Assembly (NCBI GenBank): GCA_964348395.1
Contig: CAYGCK010000001.1
Span: 85,018 to 149,017 of the forward strand
Direction of reading: 5' to 3'
Source of the DNA: an uncultured Candidatus Saccharibacteria bacterium
GTDB lineage: Bacteria; Patescibacteriota; WWE3; 9FT-COMBO-53-11
Length of the DNA: 64,000 bases
In this document: piece after piece, positions 9,905 to 18,803 of the stretch
Layout: each line of letters opens with the position of its first letter
Numbering within the stretch: the first letter of the stretch is position 1
Notes under the pieces: generated by a model
The model's input: the letters and a program-made list of their open reading frames with translations, nothing else
Databases searched by the model: none
Told to the model about the DNA's origin: nothing
Position numbers and translations under genes: made by a program

Positions 9905-11370
9905 CTAGGGAGTGACGTAAAAGTAAGCCCCCGCTCCTGTATAGTTAAACCACAACAACCCCTCCGCCACCAGGTTGACGCGTTCATAGTACCAGCCACC
10001 CGTAGATGGAGCTGTAACGCCAAAGACAAAGGTCCCGACCTCTCCCGGTGCAACCGTCGCTTCAACCATCGTCGCGGGCCTTATGTTGTTAAACCAACCG
10101 GGGTTTTGGAAAGAACTCGCTCGACTAGGTCCCCAAGTCCCCAGTCTCACCGGCCACGGCCCGTCTCGGGTCCAGGTCGCCGACCCTACGTTTTTGGCTT
10201 TGAGGCGAATGGTTTGGGTTTGTCCGGGACTCATAAAGACCGAGTTGGTGCTATGCCCAACTCCCAGAAACTCCCACCGGTATCCGGGTAGAACGTTGAT
10301 ATAAAAGCCCGCGCCCGGGTAGTTAAACCACATTAAACCTTCCGCTACCAAATTGACGCGTTCGTAGTGCCAGCCCGGAGCGTAGCGGGCGAGGACGGGG
10401 AAGCCGAATGTCCCTACCTCACCGGGCGCGACCGAGCTTTCGTTAAGGAGCGCCGGGCGAATATTGTTGAACCAGCCGCCGTGCCAGAAAACGCTCGCTC
10501 GACTAGGTCCCCAAGTCCCCAGTCTCACCGGCCAGGATTGATCTTTGTACCAGGTGGTAGTACCTGTATTTTTGGCTTTGAGGTTTATGGTTTGGACCTC
10601 CCCCGGGTTCATAAAAACGGAATTCGTGCTGTGTCCGACTCCCAAAAATTGCCAGCTAAATCCGGGAGGAGTGACGTAAAAGTACGCTCCGGCTCCGGTG
10701 TAGTTAAACCAGGTTAAACCCTCGGCGACCAGGTTGAAGCGCTCATAGAACCAGCCCTGGTTAAGAGGGGCCGAAACCTCAAAGGTAAAGGTTCCTATCC
10801 CCCCGGGTGCAACCGTCTCCTCGTTCAAAAGCGCTGGCCTTATATTATTGAACCAACCAGAATGGTAGAAGGAACTAGCACGCGAAGGTCCCCACGTCCC
10901 CAACCTCACCGGCCAGGATTGATCGCGATACCAGGTAGCGGTGCCTATATTCTTAGCCTTGAGCCGGATGGTCTGGGTTTCCCCAGGGCTCATAGAAACC
11001 GAGTTTTTGCTGTGGGAAACACCCAAAAACTCCCAGCGGTAAAGCGGTGCGGCGACCGAGACTGTGAAGAACTGGGAGAGGGAGGTCCCGTCCCCAAGCG
11101 CCAGCTTAAAGCTTTCCCAGTAGTAATCCTTGGCATAGGAGGGGCTCTGGAGGTTGAAGGTAAAGGATCCGATTTCACCGGGTGCAACGGTCACCTCGTT
11201 TAAGGCGGCGGGGGTTTGGGAGTCTATCCATCCAGTTCCTTGGAATATGCTAGTGCGCCCCGAGGGATTTGCGGTTTTAAGGAGGAGCCGGTTTCCCGTA
11301 TTGGTCCACGTCGAGTTCCCGGTATTTTTGAACCTCAACGTCACGCTCTTGTCGGTTCCGTAGCTTGAGA
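9905..11370 (-). repeat. four tandem ~370-bp coding repeats (CARDB-like beta-sandwich modules) inside the amidase gene
   Basis: Near-identical peptide strings recur in shadow frames (RSTRSPSPQSHRP at 10106, 10367 and 10862). The repeated protein blocks are WEFLGV(S/G)HS.NSV.M.PGE.QTI.LKAKN.G..TW. Confidence 0.65.
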
Positions 11371-12598
11371 AGAATATCCAGTCGAAGTCGAGCTGCTTTG
11401 CCGAGAGGTTCCAGCCGGATTTCTTGTTCCAGGTGGTCTCCCGAATCGTCTGGAGACGGTCGTAAGCGAGGTTACCGGGACATGCGGTAACCCCCGCGTC
11501 TCTATGACCCGCTATAGTCCACAAATTTAAGCAGGAAGAGGAGCCACAGAAGGTGTGGGTGGTGTTGGGGTTTATCTCGTAGTTGGACGATTTCCAAGCG
11601 AGGAGATCGGTGAGGGAGTTCATCATAGCCGCGGACGGCGGAGGCGAGCCCGCGCAGGCGGAGGCGTTGGATTGGAAACACCCAATCAAAGCCACACCCA
11701 AAGACCCGCTATTGTAGGTATAGACGTGTCCGGCGACCACATTATCGCCGCCGAAGCGCCCTTCGTAGATGATTCCGTTTTGGCCGATTAGATAGTTGTA
11801 ACCGATATCACCCCACCCTCTAGTGTATGTGTGGTATTCCCATATCGCCCGCACTGCAGCCGCGGGATCGGAGGAGTCCAAGACCGTGTGGTGGAGGAAA
11901 AACTGGGTCACCGGGGTATATTGCGGGTACCAGTGTTGAGCGGTTCCCTTAAATAGATTTCCATAAGGGTCGGGGCTTCCCCAACCGGCGCGATCTACTA
12001 TGGTCGGACCTTCGCCTTGGGCTAGAGCGCTAAAAGTTTGTTTGAGATCGTCGAGAACGGAGCGCAGCTTGGGAGTTTTGGATGAGATGTAGGTTATCTT
12101 TAAATCCTTTATTTTGGGCGCGGGGTCGCCGTTTTTTCCTCGGTTCAAGTCCAAGCGATATTGGAAGTAACGTCCTTCGGCGAGTATGGGGACCTCGGGG
12201 AAAAGTTCGTTGGGGTTGGGATCGTCGTCTCGTATGGGACCGGCGACCTCAACCTCAATCCACCGTCCCCACTGTTTGCCGTCGTCGGAAACTCTGATAT
12301 AAAACTTTCTGGATCCCTCGGGGGCGTTCTCTTCCTTCCAGTGGGGGGCAATGGCGTTAAAGGGCATTTCGGCAAGGTAAGCGGGGGATTCGAAGGTTTT
12401 CTTGGCCTGTCCGGGAGGGAGCGTGAGGGTTTCTCCTCCCGATCTCTCGCGCCTTTGTATACCCACGGCTAGACTCGCCTTAATTACGGGGTGGAGGGCG
12501 ATGATAAGTAGGAAAATGAACGCGGCGGCCGCGAGTTTTATCTTGGTTTCATCCTGATCTAGGGTTTTGTCCTTTATTCTCTTTATGTAGTGGAACAC
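9905..12598 (-). CDS. secreted N-acetylmuramoyl-L-alanine amidase (Amidase_2/PGRP domain) with four C-terminal CARDB-like repeats
   Basis: Signal/TM at the N-terminus and the PGRP motif GWGDIGYNYLIGQNGIIYEGR. The C-terminal half is four ~120-aa repeats (one divergent, three about 80% identical). Confidence 0.85.
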   Translation of the reverse strand: MFHYIKRIKDKTLDQDETKIKLAAAAFIFLLIIALHPVIKASLAVGIQRRERSGGETLTLPPGQAKKTFESPAYLAEMPFNAIAPHWKEENAPEGSRKFYIRVSDDGKQWGRWIEVEVAGPIRDDDPNPNELFPEVPILAEGRYFQYRLDLNRGKNGDPAPKIKDLKITYISSKTPKLRSVLDDLKQTFSALAQGEGPTIVDRAGWGSPDPYGNLFKGTAQHWYPQYTPVTQFFLHHTVLDSSDPAAAVRAIWEYHTYTRGWGDIGYNYLIGQNGIIYEGRFGGDNVVAGHVYTYNSGSLGVALIGCFQSNASACAGSPPPSAAMMNSLTDLLAWKSSNYEINPNTTHTFCGSSSCLNLWTIAGHRDAGVTACPGNLAYDRLQTIRETTWNKKSGWNLSAKQLDFDWIFFSSYGTDKSVTLRFKNTGNSTWTNTGNRLLLKTANPSGRTSIFQGTGWIDSQTPAALNEVTVAPGEIGSFTFNLQSPSYAKDYYWESFKLALGDGTSLSQFFTVSVAAPLYRWEFLGVSHSKNSVSMSPGETQTIRLKAKNIGTATWYRDQSWPVRLGTWGPSRASSFYHSGWFNNIRPALLNEETVAPGGIGTFTFEVSAPLNQGWFYERFNLVAEGLTWFNYTGAGAYFYVTPPGFSWQFLGVGHSTNSVFMNPGEVQTINLKAKNTGTTTWYKDQSWPVRLGTWGPSRASVFWHGGWFNNIRPALLNESSVAPGEVGTFGFPVLARYAPGWHYERVNLVAEGLMWFNYPGAGFYINVLPGYRWEFLGVGHSTNSVFMSPGQTQTIRLKAKNVGSATWTRDGPWPVRLGTWGPSRASSFQNPGWFNNIRPATMVEATVAPGEVGTFVFGVTAPSTGGWYYERVNLVAEGLLWFNYTGAGAYFYVTP

Positions 12599-12610
12599 TT
12601 GCTTTTAATT

Positions 12611-13231
12611 CTACCAAGCGCGTTTCTTGATGCGTCTCCCGACGCCTGCCAAAAACAGAGTTCCACCCAGGGACATGACTCCGGCGACCGCAAAAACCAA
12701 GTTGTAGCCAAAGGTAGCGGCCATCAGACCCCCTATAGCGCCGGCCAAAGCAGAGCCCAAGTCGGTCGCCGTGTAGTAGAGACTCCACTCCAAACCCTCC
12801 TCGTGACGGTCGACGTGGCGCGTAAAGATAGCAAGCCAGGAGGGGTAGGATAGCGCCCCCCCAATCCCGTAAATTGCCTGGACGACCATGACCTGCCAGG
12901 GGTATTTGACAAGGATATACAAAAACGCGCTGGTCGTGATAAGCAACGACCCCGCTATCATAATCCAATAATCGTCCCACTCTCCGCGCTTGAGGTCTAT
13001 GTAGCGGGCGATCGGAATTTGAACAAAACTTTTAACCAAAAAGTAGACCGCCGAGGCAAGACCCGCCAGGGCGACGCTTCCCCCCTCGACCTGCTCGGTA
13101 AAGAAGACAGCGATAATAGGGGTTACGAGCCCCCATCCGGAGAGCACAAGAATATCGGAAAGAGTCAAGAACTCGATAATGCGGTTGACTTTTATTCCTA
13201 CGAAGAATTTTCTGAGGTAGTTTTTCATCTC
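12611..13231 (-). CDS. MFS-like half-transporter (6 TM)
   Basis: AGGAG SD before ATG (MKNYLRKFF). Six hydrophobic helices resembling an MFS half. Confidence 0.5.
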   Translation of the reverse strand, partial: EMKNYLRKFFVGIKVNRIIEFLTLSDILVLSGWGLVTPIIAVFFTEQVEGGSVALAGLASAVYFLVKSFVQIPIARYIDLKRGEWDDYWIMIAGSLLITTSAFLYILVKYPWQVMVVQAIYGIGGALSYPSWLAIFTRHVDRHEEGLEWSLYYTATDLGSALAGAIGGLMAATFGYNLVFAVAGVMSLGGTLFLAGVGRRIKKRAW

Positions 13232-13312
13232 CTGAAGTGAATGTAGCAAAAAAGGTGCCGATTGTGAGCGTTTAAGCCCGCAATCGGCACTCTTTGACAG
13301 TCTCAACCCTCC

Positions 13313-14911
13313 CTAGTTCTGGAAGAAGGTCTCGTATTCGCCGGGCAGAATCTCAGGCTCTTGGCCTTCGAAAAGCTCGGCGAAGGAGGCGCTAACCTCG
13401 CGTCCCTTGCTCCAGTTGATGAGTCGCCCCGCCTGCATCCAGCTTCGCCCGCCGGTGTACTCGACGTCCAGAAGCAGGATGAGCTCCTGCTCTTCTCCCT
13501 GGTTTTCGAGGAAGTGCAGGTTCACGAGCTCCTCTCCTTGCAGGAAGCTCTTGGAGCCCTCGATCTTGGATCGGAATGGGCCCATACCGTCCACGAGTTC
13601 CCAGGTCTCACCTTTCCAGCGGTAGACGGCTCCGGGCTCACGCCCTTCCTTCTCAATCTGAGCGTTGAGAAGTTCTATGGAGACCGATTCCTCTGAGTGT
13701 GGGCTGTTGAAGCGGTACCAGGACCCGTCAAGCTTAAGCAGAAGGGTCAGGTCCTCGTCGCCGTTTGCTCCCGTCACAAGATACGCGGGGAGGACGTGTT
13801 CCGACTCATCTTCCGGCTCAACCCAGGCGAGCTGACCGGTCTCGAGCCGCTTTTGCATCTGCTTGACGAATTGCCACTTGGCCCGCAACTGGAGGTTGAG
13901 CTGGGCTTCGATGGCCTGCTCGAGTTTGCTGAGTTCCGTCTGGATGCGGGACGCCCCGCGGCCGAAGACTCCGGCCAGAGCCGCCAACGGTCTGGCGACG
14001 GCGCTCCCCACAACCCGAAGAATCCAAAGCAGGACGTAAAGCCCCAGGACGCCGGCCACGATCAAAAGGATCGTGTCCACGCCTGATGTCGCGGACCCTT
14101 GGTAGCTTGCGAGCCGTGTCGTGACGAAGCGGTAGAGTAGGTACACCGCTAAACCTAGGATAAGTCCGAGCTGAACGAGGATGAGGATAGCAGTGTCCTT
14201 CTTCTCTCGCCACAGGCTTCGGGCCTTTTGCTCCAGGGTTTGGGTGGCGCCTTCTCGGAGCTTCTTGGACCCTCCGCGGGCAACGTTTGCTACCGCGCCG
14301 AATCCTCGATGCGTGACGGTCAGCGCTCCCTCAGAAGCACCTGAGACCCCTTGGAAAACTCCCGCGCCGGTGCCGAAGAGGTTCGAAAACCCCGTGAGCA
14401 GCCGGTGGGAGGTTGGGGTGGCGTACCAGGGGAGCTTGGGTAAGTTGGTAAGCACCCTTCGTCTCGATTCTTCCTCGACCGCGACCTCCGCGGGTTCGGG
14501 GGCGGGTTCAAAAAACCACCCAAGAACTGCCGCCGGATAGGCGAGCACTCCTCGAAGAAGCGTAGCCGCGAAGCGCAGAAGCGGTCCGAAGAAGAGCCAG
14601 AGCACAAAAGCTGCTCCGATAAGCACTCCCATCCAAAAGAGAAGCTCAAACTCCGCTCGGAAGCCCTCGATCTGCGCCCTCATCTCCTCCAGCTTGAGAA
14701 ACCCGAAGGCGCGCTCAATCTCCCAAAGAGCCCTCGCGCCAAAGACCATGGAAACGATGAGGCCGATCGATTTGACGCTCCTCACGAACGCCGCTTCCAT
14801 ATGGGAGGGGCGCCGCCCTTGCTGAAGAGTCTCGGCAAGAAAAATGACGAGCAAGGCCGCAACTGCAACCACGATGTCGCCAACGAACTTGGCGTTTTGC
14901 AAGATTTCCAT
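13313..14911 (-). CDS. polytopic membrane protein with C-terminal DUF4178-like soluble domain
   Basis: Multiple TM helices followed by a charged C-terminal domain. High GC with pervasive shadow ORFs. Confidence 0.55.
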   Translation of the reverse strand: MEILQNAKFVGDIVVAVAALLVIFLAETLQQGRRPSHMEAAFVRSVKSIGLIVSMVFGARALWEIERAFGFLKLEEMRAQIEGFRAEFELLFWMGVLIGAAFVLWLFFGPLLRFAATLLRGVLAYPAAVLGWFFEPAPEPAEVAVEEESRRRVLTNLPKLPWYATPTSHRLLTGFSNLFGTGAGVFQGVSGASEGALTVTHRGFGAVANVARGGSKKLREGATQTLEQKARSLWREKKDTAILILVQLGLILGLAVYLLYRFVTTRLASYQGSATSGVDTILLIVAGVLGLYVLLWILRVVGSAVARPLAALAGVFGRGASRIQTELSKLEQAIEAQLNLQLRAKWQFVKQMQKRLETGQLAWVEPEDESEHVLPAYLVTGANGDEDLTLLLKLDGSWYRFNSPHSEESVSIELLNAQIEKEGREPGAVYRWKGETWELVDGMGPFRSKIEGSKSFLQGEELVNLHFLENQGEEQELILLLDVEYTGGRSWMQAGRLINWSKGREVSASFAELFEGQEPEILPGEYETFFQN

Positions 14912-15001
14912 CTCAAGTCTCCTTTCTTTTTTATCGTTTTGTAGTTGAATTTTACCCTATAATCTGTAGTTGTCAATTTAGATATATGGATTTACGGGAT
15001 G

Positions 15002-15030
15002 TTGACTTAAGTCCTATAACGGGTTATCAT
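15002..15030 (+). promoter_or_regulatory. sigma-70-like promoter (TTGACT, 17 nt spacer, TATCAT) upstream of the flp pilin gene
   Basis: Near-consensus hexamers with ideal 17-nt spacing, about 80 nt upstream of the pilin start. Confidence 0.5.
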
Positions 15031-15109
15031 CGACGTACCCCCCTGCCAAAGCTTGAAAAATCATCCCTGCATTCAAACTCTGTTTTGTGAGAGGAAGGGA
15101 GAGAAGACG

Positions 15110-15259
15110 ATGTTAATGAACCTTAGCAACCAGCGGGGCCAGGGTTTGGTCGAGTACGCGCTGATCATGATTCTGGTCGCCATGATTGTGCTCGTGATCT
15201 TGGTTCTTCTCGGGCCGGCTGTTGGAAACATGTATTCGAACATCATATCCAACATCTAG
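15110..15259 (+). CDS. flp: Flp/Fap family type IVb pilin
   Basis: GGAAGGGAGAG SD. Sequence MLMNLSNQRGQGLVEYALIMILVAMIVLVIL carries the Flp signature (G...EY) plus a hydrophobic helix. Confidence 0.7.
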   Translation: MLMNLSNQRGQGLVEYALIMILVAMIVLVILVLLGPAVGNMYSNIISNI

Positions 15260-15278
15260 CCCCCGCGGCAGGGTGTGA

Positions 15279-15323
15279 GGCGTCTGGACGGGTTATCTCC
15301 TCCGGACGCCTTCTTCTTTTTTA
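15279..15323 (+). terminator. rho-independent terminator after flp
   Basis: 10-bp stem GGCGTCTGGA/TCCGGACGCC with one G-U pair, followed by TTCTTCTTTTTTATT. Confidence 0.6.
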
Positions 15324-15343
15324 TTGGTATTATTGGAGCAATC

Positions 15344-15454
15344 ATGAAAAAGGAGAGGAAAGCTGTTGTGCGCCGGGTGTTGCAGGCGGTGGAAAAGGAC
15401 CCTACCACCGTCGCCGCGGTGCTTTTAGCGCTACGGCGGGAGTGTAAGGGTTAA
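15344..15454 (+). CDS. possible 36-aa small ORF (MKKERKAVVRRVLQAVEKDPTTVAAVLLALRRECKG)
   Basis: GGAGCAAUC then ATG. No homology recognised. Confidence 0.2.
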   Translation: MKKERKAVVRRVLQAVEKDPTTVAAVLLALRRECKG

Positions 15455-15509
15455 AGACAACAAACCCAAGGGAACGGTATTTGTAATAAAGCTTCCAAAA
15501 AAGAAGTAA

Positions 15510-15543
15510 GGGCCGGCGTGTGTGGGCGATTACACACCGACCC
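15510..15543 (-). terminator. 34-nt terminator hairpin repeat, copy 1 (downstream of REC gene)
   Basis: GGGUCGGUGUGU-AAUCGCCC-ACACACGCCGGCCC forms a perfect stem with G-U pairs only on the minus strand. Followed on minus by CUUCUUUUUU. Confidence 0.55.
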
Positions 15544-15547
15544 TGAG

Positions 15548-15973
15548 TTACCTCCGCGCGACCTCGCGAGAGCCCCGACCCGCGGCGACCACCTTGGACA
15601 AAATCCGCCCGAAGTTTTCGGCGGGTGTGCGCTCGTCCACCCACGCGTCCACGCCGCTTTTGAAGATGGGTTCCATCTCCTCCTCCAGAAGAAGCGGTGC
15701 ATGGAGGATGAAGATGGTGGAATCCGGCAGGTGACGCCGAGCGCGGCGGATAAAACCGGCGAGCTCTAAGAGCTCCTCGGGGTGGTAAAGGAACGCGCTC
15801 ACCAAAACCACATCTGGTCTGGGGGGAGCGAGCTCGGATCGAACCCTTGAGACCTTGAGTCGGCTCAAAGCCACGATCTCAAATTCCCCGGACTCCTCGA
15901 CCATCTCTTTAAGCCGCTCGCGAATCTCCACGTTGTCCTTATCGGAGACAACTATTACTCGTTTCTTTCCCAT
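15548..15973 (-). CDS. stand-alone response-regulator receiver (REC) domain protein, atypical
   Basis: REC-like fold pattern (VIVVSDKDNVEIRERLKEMV...VVLVSAF...), no output domain. Confidence 0.65.
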   Translation of the reverse strand: MGKKRVIVVSDKDNVEIRERLKEMVEESGEFEIVALSRLKVSRVRSELAPPRPDVVLVSAFLYHPEELLELAGFIRRARRHLPDSTIFILHAPLLLEEEMEPIFKSGVDAWVDERTPAENFGRILSKVVAAGRGSREVARR

Positions 15974-16047
15974 GAATCTCCCTCCTTAAAGGCAAGTACA
16001 TTAGAACGAGCTTATCTGGAATAGAATTATACCACCGAAAAGAAAGC

Positions 16048-16083
16048 GGGGCCGGCGTGTGTGGGCGATTACACACCGACCCC
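16048..16083 (-). terminator. 34-nt terminator hairpin repeat, copy 2 (downstream of 16099..16587)
   Basis: Identical 34-mer to 15510..15543. Followed on minus by CUUUCUUUUC. Confidence 0.55.
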
Positions 16084-16098
16084 TAGAGCAGAGGGCTC

Positions 16099-16587
16099 CT
16101 AGTCGTAACCGTAGTTGTGGACCTGCAGGTTGCCCGCGTCGATGGTGTAGGGCCCCTGGATCTGACCGTAGGCGGCGCAGTAGTCTCCGGGGGAGTGCAC
16201 CACGGACAGCAGGTTCACGGTGTCGTAGCCGACACCCGGCTCACCTCCATCAACGACCTTAAAGGTGAGGTCGCACCCAACAACCGCGGGGTTGCCGTAC
16301 ATTGCGCGGACGGTGAAGGTGGCCCAGTTATCGACCACGTTGGTCGCAACCACCGGGCCGGACCACGAGCTGGCGTAAGTTCCCCCGCGATCCCAGGAGA
16401 GCCAACCCTTGGCCGGGCGCCCGTCCCAGGCCTCGTGGGCGTCGAAGACGAGGTCCACCCACCCCCACGGGGTGTCGAACCCAACGTCCCCGGTCGCCTT
16501 CTCGGCTGGGCCGCTGGCAAACGCCGCACCCACGACAAGAAGCGACAACACCAACACGGAAACGATAGGTAGGAGTTTCCTTTGCAT
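16099..16587 (-). CDS. GC-rich secreted hypothetical protein
   Basis: Signal peptide MQRKLLPIVSVLVLSLLVVGAAFA. No recognised domain. Confidence 0.55.
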   Translation of the reverse strand: MQRKLLPIVSVLVLSLLVVGAAFASGPAEKATGDVGFDTPWGWVDLVFDAHEAWDGRPAKGWLSWDRGGTYASSWSGPVVATNVVDNWATFTVRAMYGNPAVVGCDLTFKVVDGGEPGVGYDTVNLLSVVHSPGDYCAAYGQIQGPYTIDAGNLQVHNYGYD

Positions 16588-16676
16588 TGCTCCCTCCTTC
16601 CCCCCAACTATTGGGGTAAATAGATTAGGAAATTACTCCTTGAACTGCGCCATTTTACCACGCGGTTTTCCGATGG

Positions 16677-17768
16677 CTAGCGCACAATTGTGATATTACC
16701 CTTGTCCAAATCCGTTCTGGCTGAGCCGACACAATTGCTTCCACCATCGAATCCATCCACGTAGGTGTCGTAACTTTCTCCGGACCCATTAATCTGCACC
16801 CGCACCGTGTCTACATTATTTGGCGAACCAGAATCGCCGGCTCGGAATATCACGGTATACCCCGGTTCCCCATTCAGTGTTCCCGTCATAGTCATGTTCA
16901 TCGCTGCTATGCAGGTATTGCTGGTAGGGGCGTAGAAGTTCATGTCGGTGATATTGGTCGAGTGGAACCTCCCTTTATCAAGCCACTCTTCCCTAACATT
17001 GTGGAAATTAATTTGCCACTCACCTTCAAACACTCCTGACCCGTAATCCTTTGCATCTCCACCAAAACTGATATCCAACCAGTCTTTGCGTTTGCTTGCG
17101 GGTTTTAGAATGTGCCCACCACCGCTTATTGTCTTTGGAGGAGGAATGGGAATAGAAATGTAAAGCGCCGCAGAAAAATCATACTGCCAGTATTGTCCAC
17201 TAAGTCTAACCTGCCCATCGTTACCGGCGTAGGTTAGCAGGCTCAACGGTATTTTGAATTCTGCGATGTTATTGTTAGTGAGTCCAGCTGCGCAGTCAGA
17301 GTTGTCTACCGAGAACATATCGGTATACCAGTACTCGACACCGTTACTTGCTAAGCCACCCAAATCTACCCAACCGCTACCGTCTGTTTGCATAACGCGG
17401 GGAAACACCATTTCCAGTATTGTGTAGCCAGCATCTGGCCAACTTGCAGTTTGTGGAGTTCTATAGTAGAAGTTACCGTTGACGTTGAGCACGCAAGCCG
17501 TTGCCCAGCCTGGTTCAGTCATATCGGCCTCATACGCTACGTAAAGGTAATCTCCTACAACGTACCCGTATACATCGACGGACGTCCCACCTCCCCAACT
17601 TGTAGTGCTGGTACCAAGAAGTTGGTATTCAGGGTCGACGACACCATCGATGGTTGGAGGGTCAGTCGCTTCAACCACCGTTGTTGGTGCTAGGGTGTAG
17701 AGTCCAAAAGCAAGTGTGAGAAAGGCAACAATACCAGAAGCTAAAGCTAGATGTTTCTTTATTTTCAC
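16677..17768 (-). CDS. secreted hypothetical protein
   Basis: Signal peptide MKIKKHLALASGIVAFLTLAFGLYTLA and a beta-rich composition. Confidence 0.55.
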   Translation of the reverse strand: MKIKKHLALASGIVAFLTLAFGLYTLAPTTVVEATDPPTIDGVVDPEYQLLGTSTTSWGGGTSVDVYGYVVGDYLYVAYEADMTEPGWATACVLNVNGNFYYRTPQTASWPDAGYTILEMVFPRVMQTDGSGWVDLGGLASNGVEYWYTDMFSVDNSDCAAGLTNNNIAEFKIPLSLLTYAGNDGQVRLSGQYWQYDFSAALYISIPIPPPKTISGGGHILKPASKRKDWLDISFGGDAKDYGSGVFEGEWQINFHNVREEWLDKGRFHSTNITDMNFYAPTSNTCIAAMNMTMTGTLNGEPGYTVIFRAGDSGSPNNVDTVRVQINGSGESYDTYVDGFDGGSNCVGSARTDLDKGNITIVR

Positions 17769-17809
17769 TCTTTCTCACCCCCTCTCAAAAACTTCAACAC
17801 TACCTAATA

Positions 17810-17843
17810 AATTCCAAATAAAAAACCGCCCTAAGGGCGGCGG
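17810..17843 (-). terminator. rho-independent terminator
   Basis: Minus strand reads CCGCCGCCCUUAGGGCGG followed by UUUUUUAUUU. Confidence 0.5.
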
Positions 17844-17930
17844 TGGCAGGGCCAATTCGCTCGGTAATGTAGTGGTTTCACACTGAACCCATAATATCAA
17901 ACTATTTCGGTTTCAGTCAATTTGGGTGGT

Positions 17931-17965
17931 AAAAAAGAAAGGGCAGAACCGCGGGGTCCTACCCT
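17931..17965 (-). terminator. rho-independent terminator directly after the 17975..18193 stop
   Basis: Minus strand reads AGGGUAGGACC-CCGC-GGUUCUGCCCU (11 bp including G-U pairs) followed by UUCUUUUUU. Confidence 0.55.
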
Positions 17966-17974
17966 TTGTGTGTG

Positions 17975-18193
17975 CTAGATGCGCTTGAAGGCGGCGGCGA
18001 AGAGAATCACCGTCCCCACAAGCACCAGCACGGCAGCCAGGAGAAACGGCGCGAAGGGGAGAATGTACATTCCCCAAAAACCTCGGCCGATCTCGATCGG
18101 GCCGCCTGAGAAGTTGGCGTCGATCAGGAGGTACGCCATACCCATGAGGGCTAAGGCGACGAGCAGCCAGATCACCATTCTCATGATCTCCAT
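17975..18193 (-). CDS. small two-TM membrane protein
   Basis: 72 aa, two hydrophobic helices, followed by tandem terminators. Confidence 0.5.
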   Translation of the reverse strand: MEIMRMVIWLLVALALMGMAYLLIDANFSGGPIEIGRGFWGMYILPFAPFLLAAVLVLVGTVILFAAAFKRI

Positions 18194-18347
18194 CTCCTTT
18201 CTCCGCCTTAGGCGGACAGGTTTTAAAGACTGTTCTAAATTATAGTTCCTTTCTCCCGATCTGTCAAACTATAGGGTGCTAGTGTAGGGATCGGGTGTTA
18301 GAATTAGGGAAAGGTCGTTATCTCTTTTTAGAGAAAGGAGGCGAGAG

Positions 18348-18686
18348 ATGATGGCCAGCAAGCCAGTTGGTTGGAGGTGCGTGGGCATCGCATCCAGCGG
18401 TGGCCGGATGGTTACCTGTCCGGCACGAGGTTCCGGACCACCGCCCTATCCTTCGATGTGCCCCAAATGCGGGAGGAAAACCGTTATCGGCGTCTACGAG
18501 GAGGTTGTCTTGCCGACTCCCGCACGACACGCGACTCGCTCTGCAGACCGGGTGGAGATCACGCCCGTGGTAGTTCCTTCGAACTCCCCGCGCGTGAAGC
18601 GCCCGCGAATTCGGGCGAGCCGAAAGGTAGTCGCGTCAAAGCCAAAGCCAGCGCCTGTCCCAACGGAAAGAATAGGGGTCCCATGA
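18348..18686 (+). CDS. zinc-ribbon protein (CPARG...CPKCG) with basic proline-rich tail
   Basis: Very strong GAAAGGAGGCGAGAG SD. Cys pairs are CxxxxxxxxC...CPKCG. Confidence 0.5.
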   Translation: MMASKPVGWRCVGIASSGGRMVTCPARGSGPPPYPSMCPKCGRKTVIGVYEEVVLPTPARHATRSADRVEITPVVVPSNSPRVKRPRIRASRKVVASKPKPAPVPTERIGVP

Positions 18687-18803
18687 GCTCCAACCACAAC
18701 TTTAGGTAAAGCCAGTCCGCGAGCTTGAAACTCAAGGGCTGGCTTAATCTTTTCCCTGTGATTTTTACCCGTGTCACCCGTTAGTTTCTATGAGGAGGGA
18801 GAT

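Noticed and set aside
9905-11370. Tandem repeats considered as a CRISPR or non-coding repeat array
   Set aside because: Units are about 370 bp, in frame, and encode a conserved protein module inside one long ORF. There is no short repeat/spacer periodicity.
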